Shown here: one piece after another, positions 20,580 through 30,183 of the stretch
Position numbering within the stretch: position 1 is the first letter of the stretch
Layout: each line of letters starts with the position of its first letter
Assembly: GCA_018897295.1 (NCBI GenBank)
Contig: JAHILA010000009.1
Location: 3,154-67,153, forward strand
Length of the DNA stretch: 64,000 bases
Origin: Patescibacteria group bacterium
GTDB lineage: Bacteria > Patescibacteriota > Minisyncoccia > RBG-13-40-8-A
Direction of reading: 5' to 3'
Made by a program: the position numbers and the translations under genes
Notes under the pieces: generated by a model
Seen by the model: only the letters and a program-made list of their open reading frames with translations
What the model was told of the DNA's origin: nothing
Database searches by the model: none

Positions 20580-22409
20580 TTATTCTACAGTCACTGATTT
20601 AGCTAAATTTCTCGGTTTATCTACGTCTAACCCCTTCAAAACACTACAATAATAAGCGAAAAGCTGTAAAGGCACAACGGACAAAATCGGCGTTAACATT
20701 TCTAAGGTTTTGGGAATATAAATTACATCTTTGGTTAATTTTTTAATTTTTTCATTGCCTTCGGTTGCTAATACTAAAATCGGACCGCCCCGGGCTTTAA
20801 TTTCCTCTAAGTTGGAAATCATTTTTTCATAAACGCTGTCTGAAAAAGCAAGACCAAAAGTAGGAAAATTTTTATCAATTAAAGCCAAGGGTCCGTGTTT
20901 CATCTCACCAGCTCCGTAACCCTCGGCATGAATGTAAGAAATTTCTTTAAGTTTCAAAGCTCCTTCTAGGGCAATCGGATAATTATATTTCCGACCGAGA
21001 AAGAGAAAATTTTTAGACCGATAATATTTTTTAGCCAATTTTTTGACGAGTGGCGCTTGTTTCAAAATTTTTTCCACCAAATCCGGCAGATACTTCATTT
21101 CTTCCGTAATTCGTTGTCCCATAACCAAAGACATTTGTCTTTGTCTGCCTAAAAACAAGGTTAATAGAGCCAAGATATAAAGCTGAGAAGTAAAAGCTTT
21201 GGTTGAAGCAACTGCCGTTTCCAAACCAATATGATTATAAATACCAGCGTCAGTTTCCCGGCTAATGGTTGAGCCGACCACATTAACAATTCCCAAAGTT
21301 AAGATTCCTTTTCTTTTAACTTCCTTTAAAGCAGCCAAGGTGTCAGCTGTCTCGCCAGATTGAGAAATACAGAGCAAGGCCGTTTTTTTGTTTAAAATCG
21401 GTTTGCGATAACGGAATTCAGAAGAAAATTCTACTTCCACCGGTATTCCCGCATACTCTTCTAACATATATTCACTCACCAACCCGGCGAAATAAGCTGT
21501 GCCACAAGCCACAATAATTAATCGTTCAATTTCCCTTAGTCTATCTTGAATATTTTCTAAACCGCCTAATTTAGCTAAACCTTCTTTTTCAATTAAGCGA
21601 CCGGCCATTGAATTTCTTAAGGCTTCGGGCTGCTCAAAAATTTCTTTTAACATAAAATGAGGATAGCCAGCTTTTTGGGCTTTTTCTAAATCCCACTCTA
21701 AAACTTCGGTTTTTTTCAACAAATTTTCCCGAGCTAAATTGGTAAAATTCATTCCTTTCGGAGTAATTATGGCAATTTCCCCATCGTTTAAATAAACAAC
21801 TTTTTTGGTATGAGCCAAAATTGCCGAAGCATCAGATGCCACGATACTTTCGCCATCGCTGACCCCGATTAAAATCGGTGAAGACATCCTAGCCGCTACG
21901 ATTTTTTCCGGATCATCTCTGGAAATAACGGCTAAACCGTAGGTGCCCTTAATAAGTTTTAAAGCCCTGATAACCGCTTCTTCCAAATTGCCCCGAAAAA
22001 ATTTTTCAATTAAATGGGCTAAAACTTCGGTATCGGTTTCGGATAAAAATTTATGACCCTCTTTAATTAATTTTTCTTTCAATTCTCGGTAATTTTCAAT
22101 AATCCCGTTATGAACCAAAAAAATATTTTTTTGACAATCCCAGTGGGGATGAGCGTTTTCTTTGGTCACGCTACCATGAGTTGCCCACCTAGTATGACCG
22201 ATACCCCAACAACCTTTTGGTTTTTTCTTTTCGGTCAAATTGATCAAATTGTCAATCTTACCCATTGTTTTTAGGGTGATAATTTTATTATTTTCACTGC
22301 CTACGCTTAAGCCGGCCGAATCATAACCTCGGTATTCCAAACGTTTTAAGCCATCTAAAATTAAAGAAGTGGCTTCTTTTTTGCCTAAATAACCAATAAT
22401 CCCACACAT
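20580..22409 (-). CDS. glmS: Glutamine-fructose-6-phosphate transaminase
   Basis: MCGIIG start at 22409, GHTRWATHG, SQSGETADT, PRNLAKSVTVE. Confidence 0.97.
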   Translation of the reverse strand: MCGIIGYLGKKEATSLILDGLKRLEYRGYDSAGLSVGSENNKIITLKTMGKIDNLINLTEKKKPKGCWGIGHTRWATHGSVTKENAHPHWDCQKNIFLVHNGIIENYRELKEKLIKEGHKFLSETDTEVLAHLIEKFFRGNLEEAVIRALKLIKGTYGLAVISRDDPEKIVAARMSSPILIGVSDGESIVASDASAILAHTKKVVYLNDGEIAIITPKGMNFTNLARENLLKKTEVLEWDLEKAQKAGYPHFMLKEIFEQPEALRNSMAGRLIEKEGLAKLGGLENIQDRLREIERLIIVACGTAYFAGLVSEYMLEEYAGIPVEVEFSSEFRYRKPILNKKTALLCISQSGETADTLAALKEVKRKGILTLGIVNVVGSTISRETDAGIYNHIGLETAVASTKAFTSQLYILALLTLFLGRQRQMSLVMGQRITEEMKYLPDLVEKILKQAPLVKKLAKKYYRSKNFLFLGRKYNYPIALEGALKLKEISYIHAEGYGAGEMKHGPLALIDKNFPTFGLAFSDSVYEKMISNLEEIKARGGPILVLATEGNEKIKKLTKDVIYIPKTLEMLTPILSVVPLQLFAYYCSVLKGLDVDKPRNLAKSVTVE

Positions 22410-22439
22410 ATAGTAAAAATTTATCAATCGGGGCACCCA

Positions 22440-22477
22440 CGGGGCACCCAGATTCGAACTGGGACTACTGACTCCCC
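22440..22477 (-). pseudogene. 3' half of a tRNA-Pro-like gene
   Basis: (GGG)GA-GTCAG-TAGT-CCCAG-TTCGAAT-CTGGG-TGCCCCG; the 5' half is not present nearby. Confidence 0.8.
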
Positions 22478-22495
22478 GCCTGCCAACGCCTGAGC
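22475..22495. repeat. One arm of a ...GGCAGGCGGG palindromic element
   Basis: Minus strand GCTCAGGCGTTGGCAGGCGGG, similar to the end of the inner yraN element (GCTCGCGTTGCAGGCGGG). Confidence 0.7.
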
Positions 22496-22498
22496 TTT

Positions 22499-22569
22499 TC
22501 GGACTGCCGAGATTTGCACTCGGGCTAAATCCTCCCGAAGGACTCGTGCTACTATTACACTACAGCCCG
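22499..22569 (-). tRNA. tRNA-Pro(CGG)
   Basis: CGGGCTG...AGTCC-TT-CGG-GA-GGATT...CCGAG-TGCAAAT-CTCGG-CAGTCCG-A; variant T-loop. Confidence 0.88.
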
Positions 22570-22573
22570 GATT

Positions 22574-24256
22574 TTATTTTTTATTTAAAAAATCCGATAT
22601 TTTTTGGAGGATTTCATTAGGTTTACAATTTTGCTTTATCCATTTTTTTGCTTTTTGTTCATTCATCGATTCATCATCATATAATCCTAACACTTTTTTT
22701 GCTAATTCTTCGTTAACCCTGTAAAAAGCTTCAAGGTCTTTAATTTTAACGCTACCGGTTTTAAAATTAAACTCAATTATTCCCTTTTCAAACATTTCAT
22801 TCAGAGTATAAATTCCTGCGGAATAATAAGGATCTTTTTCAGAACTATCAAATAGATATTCTAAAGAAGTTTCTATTGTCGCTACTGCCCATTCCTCTTT
22901 CGTTCCACCAATGCCGCCTTTTTCAATTATTCGCGGAAGCAACCACCTGTAAACTTGCTCTGCTGCTAGTTCATCAATAACCATATTATTTTCTGCGCCC
23001 ATTCTTATAACACCTGGATCGTCTGGTTTATGAAAATGGCCGAATTCGTGAAATCCGGTGAGAAAAAATGATTTTTCTAAATTATATGGTTCTCCAGAGT
23101 TTTCAACTTTAAAATTTTTATCTTTAGCCATTTTGTTGAAAAATTTTGCATGTTCGCCAAGATAAATAACAGCCGTAGACTCGTCCTCTTGCGCAATTCC
23201 TTTCATGAATAAATTAACACCATAATCACCAATAGAATTAACGAATTTAACTTTTTTCCCTACGGTATGATATCCCTCTTCTTCAAGACATTCTGCCATG
23301 ATTTTTTGACTATATGAAATATCTTTTTCTCTTTGAATATTTTCTTGGTCTTGGATTTTTAAACAAATTCTCAATTCCGGATCATGGTAAGGCGGCTTTA
23401 AATATCCCGATTCATATGAAGATGGAACTATTAAAATGGGAAAGTCGGATAGAATAGATTTACCGTAAAGTTCAACAACCTCTTCGTGGCGTTTATCTAT
23501 TTTATTAACATCTCGTTCATTATAAAAATTAATTAAAGCTTTTATATAATCTTTAAAAATATTTCCTCCCTGTATTTTTTCCCAATTTATCGGCATTTGT
23601 AAAATTTCTTCAAATTTTCTAGAAATATACTGAGTATCTTTGGGAAATAATTCATTAATGGTGTGTAGTTGTTTATCGTCCGGTAAATAAAGACGGTTTG
23701 TAGATGTTTCTTTTGGTGGTTTCTGAGATAATCCAGAAAACGCTAAAAAACGAATAAAAAGATTATCGGTTCTCATAGAGGCATCTATTGTTTTTAAAAC
23801 TACCTCTCTTAACTCTGAATTTAATCCCAGTTTTTTAAGTTCTTCTTCTTCAGCACTAGATATTATCTCTTGGTAAATTTTTGTTTCTATATGCTTAACA
23901 ACATGTGCAGCAATAGCTATTAAAACTTCTCTTCTCTGACCCCTTATCTCCGGCATGCTCTCTGGCCAATTATTTACAATTGCATCAATTATTTTTTCGT
24001 TCGGAAGTTTCTCCATAGAGAGTGTCTCATTTTTGAAAGAAATTACTTTATCGTTTATATGTTCTGATACAAGTTTCTGGACATTATTAAAAAGCTCTAA
24101 AGAATTTTCCCACTTCCCGATTTTTTCGGGTATGTTTTTCTTAAAATCAATATAACCCTCAAGCAATCCGAGTGTATTATAAATATTTTTGAGTTTTGGT
24201 TTCGACTCAATTAATTTTTCTTGTTTTGCTTCTATTTTCGGTTCTTTTTCTATCAT
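22574..24256 (-). CDS. Putative zinc metallopeptidase-like protein (HEXXH; M49/CiaB-like)
   Basis: HEFGH followed by DELAAE and a PY motif; family assignment is an inference. Confidence 0.5.
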   Translation of the reverse strand: MIEKEPKIEAKQEKLIESKPKLKNIYNTLGLLEGYIDFKKNIPEKIGKWENSLELFNNVQKLVSEHINDKVISFKNETLSMEKLPNEKIIDAIVNNWPESMPEIRGQRREVLIAIAAHVVKHIETKIYQEIISSAEEEELKKLGLNSELREVVLKTIDASMRTDNLFIRFLAFSGLSQKPPKETSTNRLYLPDDKQLHTINELFPKDTQYISRKFEEILQMPINWEKIQGGNIFKDYIKALINFYNERDVNKIDKRHEEVVELYGKSILSDFPILIVPSSYESGYLKPPYHDPELRICLKIQDQENIQREKDISYSQKIMAECLEEEGYHTVGKKVKFVNSIGDYGVNLFMKGIAQEDESTAVIYLGEHAKFFNKMAKDKNFKVENSGEPYNLEKSFFLTGFHEFGHFHKPDDPGVIRMGAENNMVIDELAAEQVYRWLLPRIIEKGGIGGTKEEWAVATIETSLEYLFDSSEKDPYYSAGIYTLNEMFEKGIIEFNFKTGSVKIKDLEAFYRVNEELAKKVLGLYDDESMNEQKAKKWIKQNCKPNEILQKISDFLNKK

Positions 24257-24260
24257 AATT

Positions 24261-25721
24261 TTATTTTATCCAATGTTTTTCTCTGATTTTTAAATCCTCT
24301 TCTTCTTTTTTTTCTTCAATCTTCCCTCTGGCCAATTTACGCAAAACTTCGAGATTTTGTTCGTTTAATTCTTTAACCCTGTTTTCCAAGTATTTTTTAT
24401 TATTCTTTTTCGGGTCTTCGATTACCTCTGCCAATAAAACATCCAAAATCGCGCCAACCTTGGGACTGGGCTGGATTGATAATAATTTCATTATATCATT
24501 GCCATTGATTTTCAACATCTTGACGGAAATCGGATCTTTGGAAACTTTTTCAATCATATATTCAATTGTTCTTAAGCGATACGGTTTTTCTTTTGGCCTG
24601 CCCATTCCAAGACGATCCGCCACCCTTAAATTAATTAAATCACTAATATTTTCTGTGCCGACTCTTTTAATTAATCTCCTCGCGCCAGCGTCGGTCAGCC
24701 GTTCCGGGTCTGAAACAAACATATGATTTTTAACCAGCAAAACCACTTTATCAATAAATTTATTCGGAAATTTTAATCTTTGTAAAATCTTAAAAGTGAA
24801 TTTAGCGCCAATATAATCGTGATTGTAAAAAGTAGAATCAGGGCCTTCGCCTGCTTTTGCCACTGGTTTGCCGATATCATGAAATAATGCAGCGACTTTT
24901 ACTTCTAAATTGAATTTCTTTTTCGAGGCCTCGTCCAAAGAGCGCATTGAATGCTCATAAATATCATAAATATGATGTTTGTTCTGGCTTACGCCCACGC
25001 CTTTTTCTAGTTCCAGTAGAATATATTTCAATAAATTTGCCTGTCTTAATAAATCAATTCCGTGGGCTGCTTTTTCGGTTTCAAAAATCTTAATTAATTC
25101 ATCCCTAATTCTTTCGTTGGAAATCATCTGAATCCAATCGGCATTTTTCTGAATTGCTTTAAAAGTTTTTTCTTCAACAGAGAAACCCAGGGTGCAAGCG
25201 AAGCGCACTGCTCTTAACATTCTTAATGCATCCTCGCTAAATCTTTCATCTGCTTTGCCCACGGTGCGAATAATTTTATTCTTCAAATCCTTTTGTCCGT
25301 CAAAATAATCAACAATCTTTTTATCTTTGTTTAATGCAAGCGCATTAATTGTAAAATCTCTCCTGCCCAAATCTTCTTCTAATGTTTTGGCAAAAGTTAT
25401 TTCATCCGGATGGCGCTTATCAGAGTATTTACCTTCCAGTCTGAATGGCGTGATTTCAACAACTTTTAAAGTTTCATCTTTGGCATTGGTAATCACGCTC
25501 ACTGTGCCGAATTTATTTTCATAAAAATTCTTGGGAAATAATTTCCTGATTTGTTCTGGTTTAGCATTGGTAGTAATGTCCCAATCTTTTGGCTTTTGAC
25601 CCAATAATAAATCCCTGACACACCCGCCAACAATATACACTTCGAAGCCCTGCCTCGACCCAGAGGGGCGGGTTTTCTCCAATTTTTCCAATATTAAATT
25701 AACTTCTTTTGGAATTATCAC
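24261..25721 (-). CDS. cca: CCA tRNA nucleotidyltransferase with HD domain
   Basis: VGGCVRD, DWD, RRDFTINA, EDALRMLR, ERI, FHDIGK. Confidence 0.93.
   Translation of the reverse strand: MIIPKEVNLILEKLEKTRPSGSRQGFEVYIVGGCVRDLLLGQKPKDWDITTNAKPEQIRKLFPKNFYENKFGTVSVITNAKDETLKVVEITPFRLEGKYSDKRHPDEITFAKTLEEDLGRRDFTINALALNKDKKIVDYFDGQKDLKNKIIRTVGKADERFSEDALRMLRAVRFACTLGFSVEEKTFKAIQKNADWIQMISNERIRDELIKIFETEKAAHGIDLLRQANLLKYILLELEKGVGVSQNKHHIYDIYEHSMRSLDEASKKKFNLEVKVAALFHDIGKPVAKAGEGPDSTFYNHDYIGAKFTFKILQRLKFPNKFIDKVVLLVKNHMFVSDPERLTDAGARRLIKRVGTENISDLINLRVADRLGMGRPKEKPYRLRTIEYMIEKVSKDPISVKMLKINGNDIMKLLSIQPSPKVGAILDVLLAEVIEDPKKNNKKYLENRVKELNEQNLEVLRKLARGKIEEKKEEEDLKIREKHWIK
25649..25672. repeat. 24 bp CCTGCC...GGCGGG element in frame in cca
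   Basis: CCTGCC-TCGACCCAGAGG-GGCGGG; adds TRPSGSRQ before GFEVYIVGG. Confidence 0.7.
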
Positions 25722-25758
25722 AATATTTTTTATAAACTACTTTAAAATATTTTTCAAG

Positions 25759-25803
25759 TTATCCACAGAACAACCTTGACATTAATCTTTTTGATGATAT
25801 ACT
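25759..25803 (+). promoter_or_regulatory. DnaA-box-preceded sigma70-type promoter
   Basis: TTATCCACA, 8 nt, TTGACA, 16 nt, TATACT with TGn extension. Confidence 0.7.
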
Positions 25804-25809
25804 GATAAT

Positions 25810-25887
25810 GCAGTCGCAAGATTGCCCTGCTCGCGGATGCGAGTCCGAGATTTAAACTTCGCCTTTCAAAGGCGAGGTTTTGTTTTT
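25810..25887 (+). ncRNA. Candidate small structured RNA convergent with the NYN gene
   Basis: Promoter, two hairpins (GCAGTC-GCAA-GATTGC; CTCGC-GGAT-GCGAG) and a terminator hairpin with T-tract; no ORF. Confidence 0.5.
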
Positions 25888-26516
25888 ATAAAAGTAATGC
25901 TCTTTTTTACTCTTTGAGCATTAATATTTAAATCTGCTCTTTCTTTGAGATAATGCGTGATATATCCAGCACTAAATAAAATCACCTTTTTCCCTTTTCT
26001 TCTTAAAAAATTTAACAAATAAGCAAAATCTGCATCACTAGAAAATAAACAAAACGTATCATAATCATTCAGAAATCTTATTGCATCAATACAAATTTCA
26101 GTGTCAAAATTACACTTTGGAATATAAATATATCTACCTTTATTATCTTGACTTATATATCTTGTTGTATTTTTTTCTTCTAAAGAGTCTAAATAATGTT
26201 TAATTCTTTGAATTGGTTTAGTAACTGTTTTATTAAAATATTGTCTCGCCTTACTAATAATTTTAATAGATTTTGGGTTTTTTGGATCCAAACCGAAATA
26301 AAATCTTTTATGTTCTGAAAATAAATTTATAAAACTTGCTAATTTTTCTATATCAACTACTAATTTTTTATCTTGCGGTAAAATATTGTCATCACCATCT
26401 CTCTCGTCTCTCTCATACCAATAATTTACGTTCCCAAAATCAACAAAACTATAAATCTTGCCAAATTTATTTTTATCTATTTTTAAGTTTTCTAACTTAA
26501 ACTCTTGTAAGTCCAT
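25866..26516 (-). CDS. NYN domain (PIN-like) ribonuclease
   Basis: FVDFGNV, KCNFD, SSDADF acidic motifs. Confidence 0.85.
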   Translation of the reverse strand: MDLQEFKLENLKIDKNKFGKIYSFVDFGNVNYWYERDERDGDDNILPQDKKLVVDIEKLASFINLFSEHKRFYFGLDPKNPKSIKIISKARQYFNKTVTKPIQRIKHYLDSLEEKNTTRYISQDNKGRYIYIPKCNFDTEICIDAIRFLNDYDTFCLFSSDADFAYLLNFLRRKGKKVILFSAGYITHYLKERADLNINAQRVKKSITFIKTKPRL

Positions 26517-26556
26517 TCTTATTTAAACTATAGCTTAAAGACCGACTTTTAGCAAT

Positions 26557-26591
26557 AAAAAGAATGCCTTTCGCAGCTGCGAGAGGCATTC
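26557..26591 (-). terminator. Intrinsic terminator of the acyltransferase gene
   Basis: GAATGCCTTTCGC-AGCT-GCGAGAGGCATTC with an A-run on the left. Confidence 0.75.
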
Positions 26592-27240
26592 AGCGTGAAA
26601 ATGGATAATCTTTGTTTGAAACTTTGGAAATAGCCCACATAATAGTGTTGGTAGTTGCATCTACGGATTTGTCCAAAGAGGTAAGAAAAAAACCAGGATC
26701 AAAAACGACTCTTTTCTCTTCGCTCCGAAGCTTATGAAACTCCCTGAAGCTAAAAGCCGGAATACCGAAACAGCCGGTTGGAATGATTTCTTTCGCAGAA
26801 AGCAGTGCCATAATTGAAACTCCTCGACGTCCTCTTAAGAGTTGTTTTTCGGCATTCTGACGACCCTCGGGAAAAATAACGACAATATGTCCTTGTCCCA
26901 ATAATTCAACTGCCCTGGTTAGACCCGCGCAATTGGCCGGCAGATAACCGATTCTTTCATCCAGTACATTAACAAGAACAGTAGCAATGGAATAGCGAAG
27001 AATTCTGTGCTTTATTCTTGTGCTTCCCAAGAAATACATTTTTTTCATTCGGGGATTGAAATAGCGCCGCAGAAAATTTCTTAAAACAGTGATAATAATT
27101 AACGGATCATAGGCTGTCCCATGATTGGCAGCAATGATAAATCCGTCGTTTCTCGGCAAGTTTTCTAGTCCCTTTACTTCGGCAGCCTGATTTTTGAAAA
27201 GAAAATAGATTATCCAATGAATAACTTTATAAAAGAACAT
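26590..27240 (-). CDS. Lysophospholipid acyltransferase (PlsC-like)
   Basis: NHxxxxD (NHGTAYD) and FPEG motifs; AAGGAGGTG RBS. Confidence 0.85.
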   Translation of the reverse strand: MFFYKVIHWIIYFLFKNQAAEVKGLENLPRNDGFIIAANHGTAYDPLIIITVLRNFLRRYFNPRMKKMYFLGSTRIKHRILRYSIATVLVNVLDERIGYLPANCAGLTRAVELLGQGHIVVIFPEGRQNAEKQLLRGRRGVSIMALLSAKEIIPTGCFGIPAFSFREFHKLRSEEKRVVFDPGFFLTSLDKSVDATTNTIMWAISKVSNKDYPFSR

Positions 27241-27380
27241 TTTTCACCTCCTTCCCAATACCCAACTTCGGTCTGGAACCAAATTTTTGAAGGTAAATTT
27301 GGGTCTTTTCCGAAGTTTTACTTGACCCGTCTCGGTAGGGGTCTTATATTACTATCTTAGCATAAAGTATGATATTTTGC

Positions 27381-27459
27381 GAGTGTCTCATTTCTTCAGC
27401 TTTAAAGCTAAAATAAGACGAATGAGACACTACTTGAGGTTGTTTTGAGTGTCTCATTT
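27381..27459. repeat. Three copies of AGTGTCTCATT in alternating orientation
   Basis: 27382-27392 (+), 27421-27431 (-), 27448-27458 (+). Confidence 0.8.
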
Positions 27460-28338
27460 AAAAAGAGTTTTAACAATATTTTCGTCATGAATATTCTGTG
27501 TTGCTCGGAAAAGTTTATCAAAATCCGATACAGCAATAGCCTTATAGATTTTTCTTATATCAATATCCTTCCAAATATCCGATTGGAGAATCTGCCAATT
27601 GGTCTCATCTATAAAATCTCTTTTAATAAAAGGGTAATAGATAAAAAGAATATTGAAATCGCCAACAGAAAATTTTTCCTTCGCTCCCTCGGCTAGATTT
27701 TTTATCCTATTTAGCAACCAATTCTCGTCATCTCCAGAATAAGAATTATCCATAAAAACTTTTCTAGAATCTTTTATACTACTATTAAAATATACGATAT
27801 CAAATTTATAAGAATAAAATTCTGATTGCGTATCATGTTCGAGTTTCTGCTTTAAACAATTTACTACATCTTGATATAATTGATTTTGAATTGAATTATC
27901 GTCTAATAATTTTACCATAATATCTCTTTGTTCATTTACTTTGCTCTGAGAACCAACACTGTATTTTATAAATATTTGAAAGTTCAACTTTCTCCACTGA
28001 GAAAAATTTTTATCCAAATAATCTGCTAAATTGACTATGATCTCTTGTTCTTTGAAATTCTCCTTATCAAAACTCTTTATCTCAATATATTTATCAGTAT
28101 CAACTTTAATATCGGGATTCTTGTCTTTAAGAATTTCTACAGAATGCTTGCCATGGAATAAATATTCCACAATTTTCAGTTCTATCCAAATTCTATATTT
28201 ATTATCTAAACTTCCATGTTCGAAATCTTTCTTCTTTCCTATAATGCCTGCGATCTTAGTTTGCGCCAAAAAATCTATAATATCACGAGCTTGACGCTCC
28301 ATGTCTTCCCAAGACGCAAAATGTAATTTTTTAACCAT
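27454..28338 (-). CDS. Hypothetical protein, possible PD-(D/E)XK nuclease
   Basis: NPDIKVDTDKYIEIK matches PD...ExK. Confidence 0.55.
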   Translation of the reverse strand: MVKKLHFASWEDMERQARDIIDFLAQTKIAGIIGKKKDFEHGSLDNKYRIWIELKIVEYLFHGKHSVEILKDKNPDIKVDTDKYIEIKSFDKENFKEQEIIVNLADYLDKNFSQWRKLNFQIFIKYSVGSQSKVNEQRDIMVKLLDDNSIQNQLYQDVVNCLKQKLEHDTQSEFYSYKFDIVYFNSSIKDSRKVFMDNSYSGDDENWLLNRIKNLAEGAKEKFSVGDFNILFIYYPFIKRDFIDETNWQILQSDIWKDIDIRKIYKAIAVSDFDKLFRATQNIHDENIVKTLFK

Positions 28339-28344
28339 AACTTT

Positions 28345-29082
28345 TTAGGAATTAACATTTAGTCCTTTGCCAAAAACGGCAGCCCATATTCCCCATTTTC
28401 CCCATATGGTAATGTGATATAACATTGAACCATAAATATCCTTAGCATACCGGACAATAAATCCTGGGCCTCGATTAGTCCTAACTCCATTTTTTTCCAG
28501 TATATTATTCAATTCCGATAATTCCAACTCAACGGCTTCTATTGAATCCGGAAGATGAATGATTTCAATATTTCTATCGGTATTAATGAGTTGACCCATT
28601 AATTTGAATTCCAATCCTCTAATCATTTTCTCGGTAATTGGATCTAATAACTCCGGTATTCTAATATTAACCAATAAAGATCTATCAAAAGTATTATCGG
28701 GACCAAAATTTTTTAGAAGACCACTGGGCATTTTATTAGTATATATTAAATCGGGAATAATTTTCTTAATATTGGCTTCTTTACGTTTTCTGTCTTTCTC
28801 ATTCGTCGCAGACGAAAGATCATATAAACGAATAGCTTTTTTTAAGACACCCAATGAAGCAATATTATTGCTATCTGTGCATATAGCCATTTTTTTATAT
28901 GTCTCTTCTTCGATTTTGCCCAACTCTTTATTGCATCTAAGGCAGGCAGGGGCAACCCATTTCTCCATGTCTTGAGGCGTTGAATCTGGATACCATGATT
29001 TAGGAAAAATATGGTCTTCCGTAAGTTCTTCAAAATATTTTAAACAATGAACACAATATTGATTGGTAAATTTTTTAGACAT
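28345..29082 (-). CDS. HNH endonuclease-like protein
   Basis: CVHC..TEDHIFP..PACLRCN. Confidence 0.7.
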   Translation of the reverse strand: MSKKFTNQYCVHCLKYFEELTEDHIFPKSWYPDSTPQDMEKWVAPACLRCNKELGKIEEETYKKMAICTDSNNIASLGVLKKAIRLYDLSSATNEKDRKRKEANIKKIIPDLIYTNKMPSGLLKNFGPDNTFDRSLLVNIRIPELLDPITEKMIRGLEFKLMGQLINTDRNIEIIHLPDSIEAVELELSELNNILEKNGVRTNRGPGFIVRYAKDIYGSMLYHITIWGKWGIWAAVFGKGLNVNS

Positions 29083-29097
29083 TTAAATCTTTTTAAA

Positions 29098-30183
29098 CTA
29101 ACTTTTTATTAATTTCATCAAATCCTCATCGTTCTCATGGCCCTTCAATCTCCCAGTTAAAATTCCTAATCGATAATTTATTCCCTCGTTCATTAATCGC
29201 CAGTTAGTATTTTCGAGGGTTTGCTTTAAAAGTTTTTTAAGTTGAGACCGACTATCATATTCTTGACGGTCTTCTTTGTCATCTTGAACAGTAAATCTAA
29301 CAACTACATCTCGGTTAATTTCTGGTTTAGAGAACTCCCATTTACTATAACCTTCCTTTTCTGATTTTGGAGTTAAAAGCTTCTTAAGTCCAGCAACTGA
29401 AAGCTTTTTGATTTTAGCAATAACTTTAGTTATTTTTTCTTTTTCTTTTATCCCTTCTATTGTTTCCATAAGATGCTTTAATTTCATCTCGGATCCAATA
29501 TATTCTTGGCCTTTTTCTCCTGATAAACAAAATCTTCTACGATCTCTTTCGAAATTCTTATCTATTTTTTCCTTTGGAGAATTAAGGTCAAGTATTTCTC
29601 TACCTTTATGACCGCATTTTTTACAGGCGTAGGTAGTGATAATTCTATCTTCTTTCCGAGTATCGTTTGTCTTAACTTCACTTGAGCATTTTTCGCAAAT
29701 ATGCGGTTTGGGCTTCCATTCTTCTCCATCTTCGAATACTGCCCGCCTTGGTTTACATTCATTCGGACATTCAAAGAAAAATAGGATTCGTTCTTCTCCC
29801 TTAAGTTCATAGCCGTGAAAATCCTTTAATGTTGCCGTCATTTCCGAGCCACATTTTTTGCAGAAAATATCTATTGGCGTGACTGCGTTTTCTAATTTCT
29901 TATCTTTTGCTTTATCTCGCTCCATCCATTCTCTTATTGTTTGCGATTTTTTAGAATAACGCTCTCCCTTAACAAAATACAGCATAGTTGGAACAACGAC
30001 TCTTACTGTAAATTCTTTTTTAATTTTATCCTTTTTAGATTTATCGGTCTCTATCGAGATTTTATCTCCTGATATTCCTCGTTTTTCTAAACGCCTGCAT
30101 TCTTCAATAGTTAAGCGATCATAAAGATCGCTATAATAGGATGTGGACTTCAGGTATTTATATGCCGTTTTCATTTCAGACAT
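29098..30183 (-). CDS. Hypothetical protein with several CxxC motifs
   Basis: 361-aa ORF; CKKC, CPNEC, CEKC, CKKC. Confidence 0.7.
   Translation of the reverse strand: MSEMKTAYKYLKSTSYYSDLYDRLTIEECRRLEKRGISGDKISIETDKSKKDKIKKEFTVRVVVPTMLYFVKGERYSKKSQTIREWMERDKAKDKKLENAVTPIDIFCKKCGSEMTATLKDFHGYELKGEERILFFFECPNECKPRRAVFEDGEEWKPKPHICEKCSSEVKTNDTRKEDRIITTYACKKCGHKGREILDLNSPKEKIDKNFERDRRRFCLSGEKGQEYIGSEMKLKHLMETIEGIKEKEKITKVIAKIKKLSVAGLKKLLTPKSEKEGYSKWEFSKPEINRDVVVRFTVQDDKEDRQEYDSRSQLKKLLKQTLENTNWRLMNEGINYRLGILTGRLKGHENDEDLMKLIKS

Noticed and set aside
22410-22500. glmS ribozyme upstream of glmS
   Set aside because: The structured sequence is explained by a tRNA half and a repeat arm; no ribozyme core was recognised.
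20571-22569. CGGGCTGTA inverted match bracketing glmS and tRNA-Pro
   Set aside because: Only 9 bp with no recombinase nearby; chance cannot be excluded.
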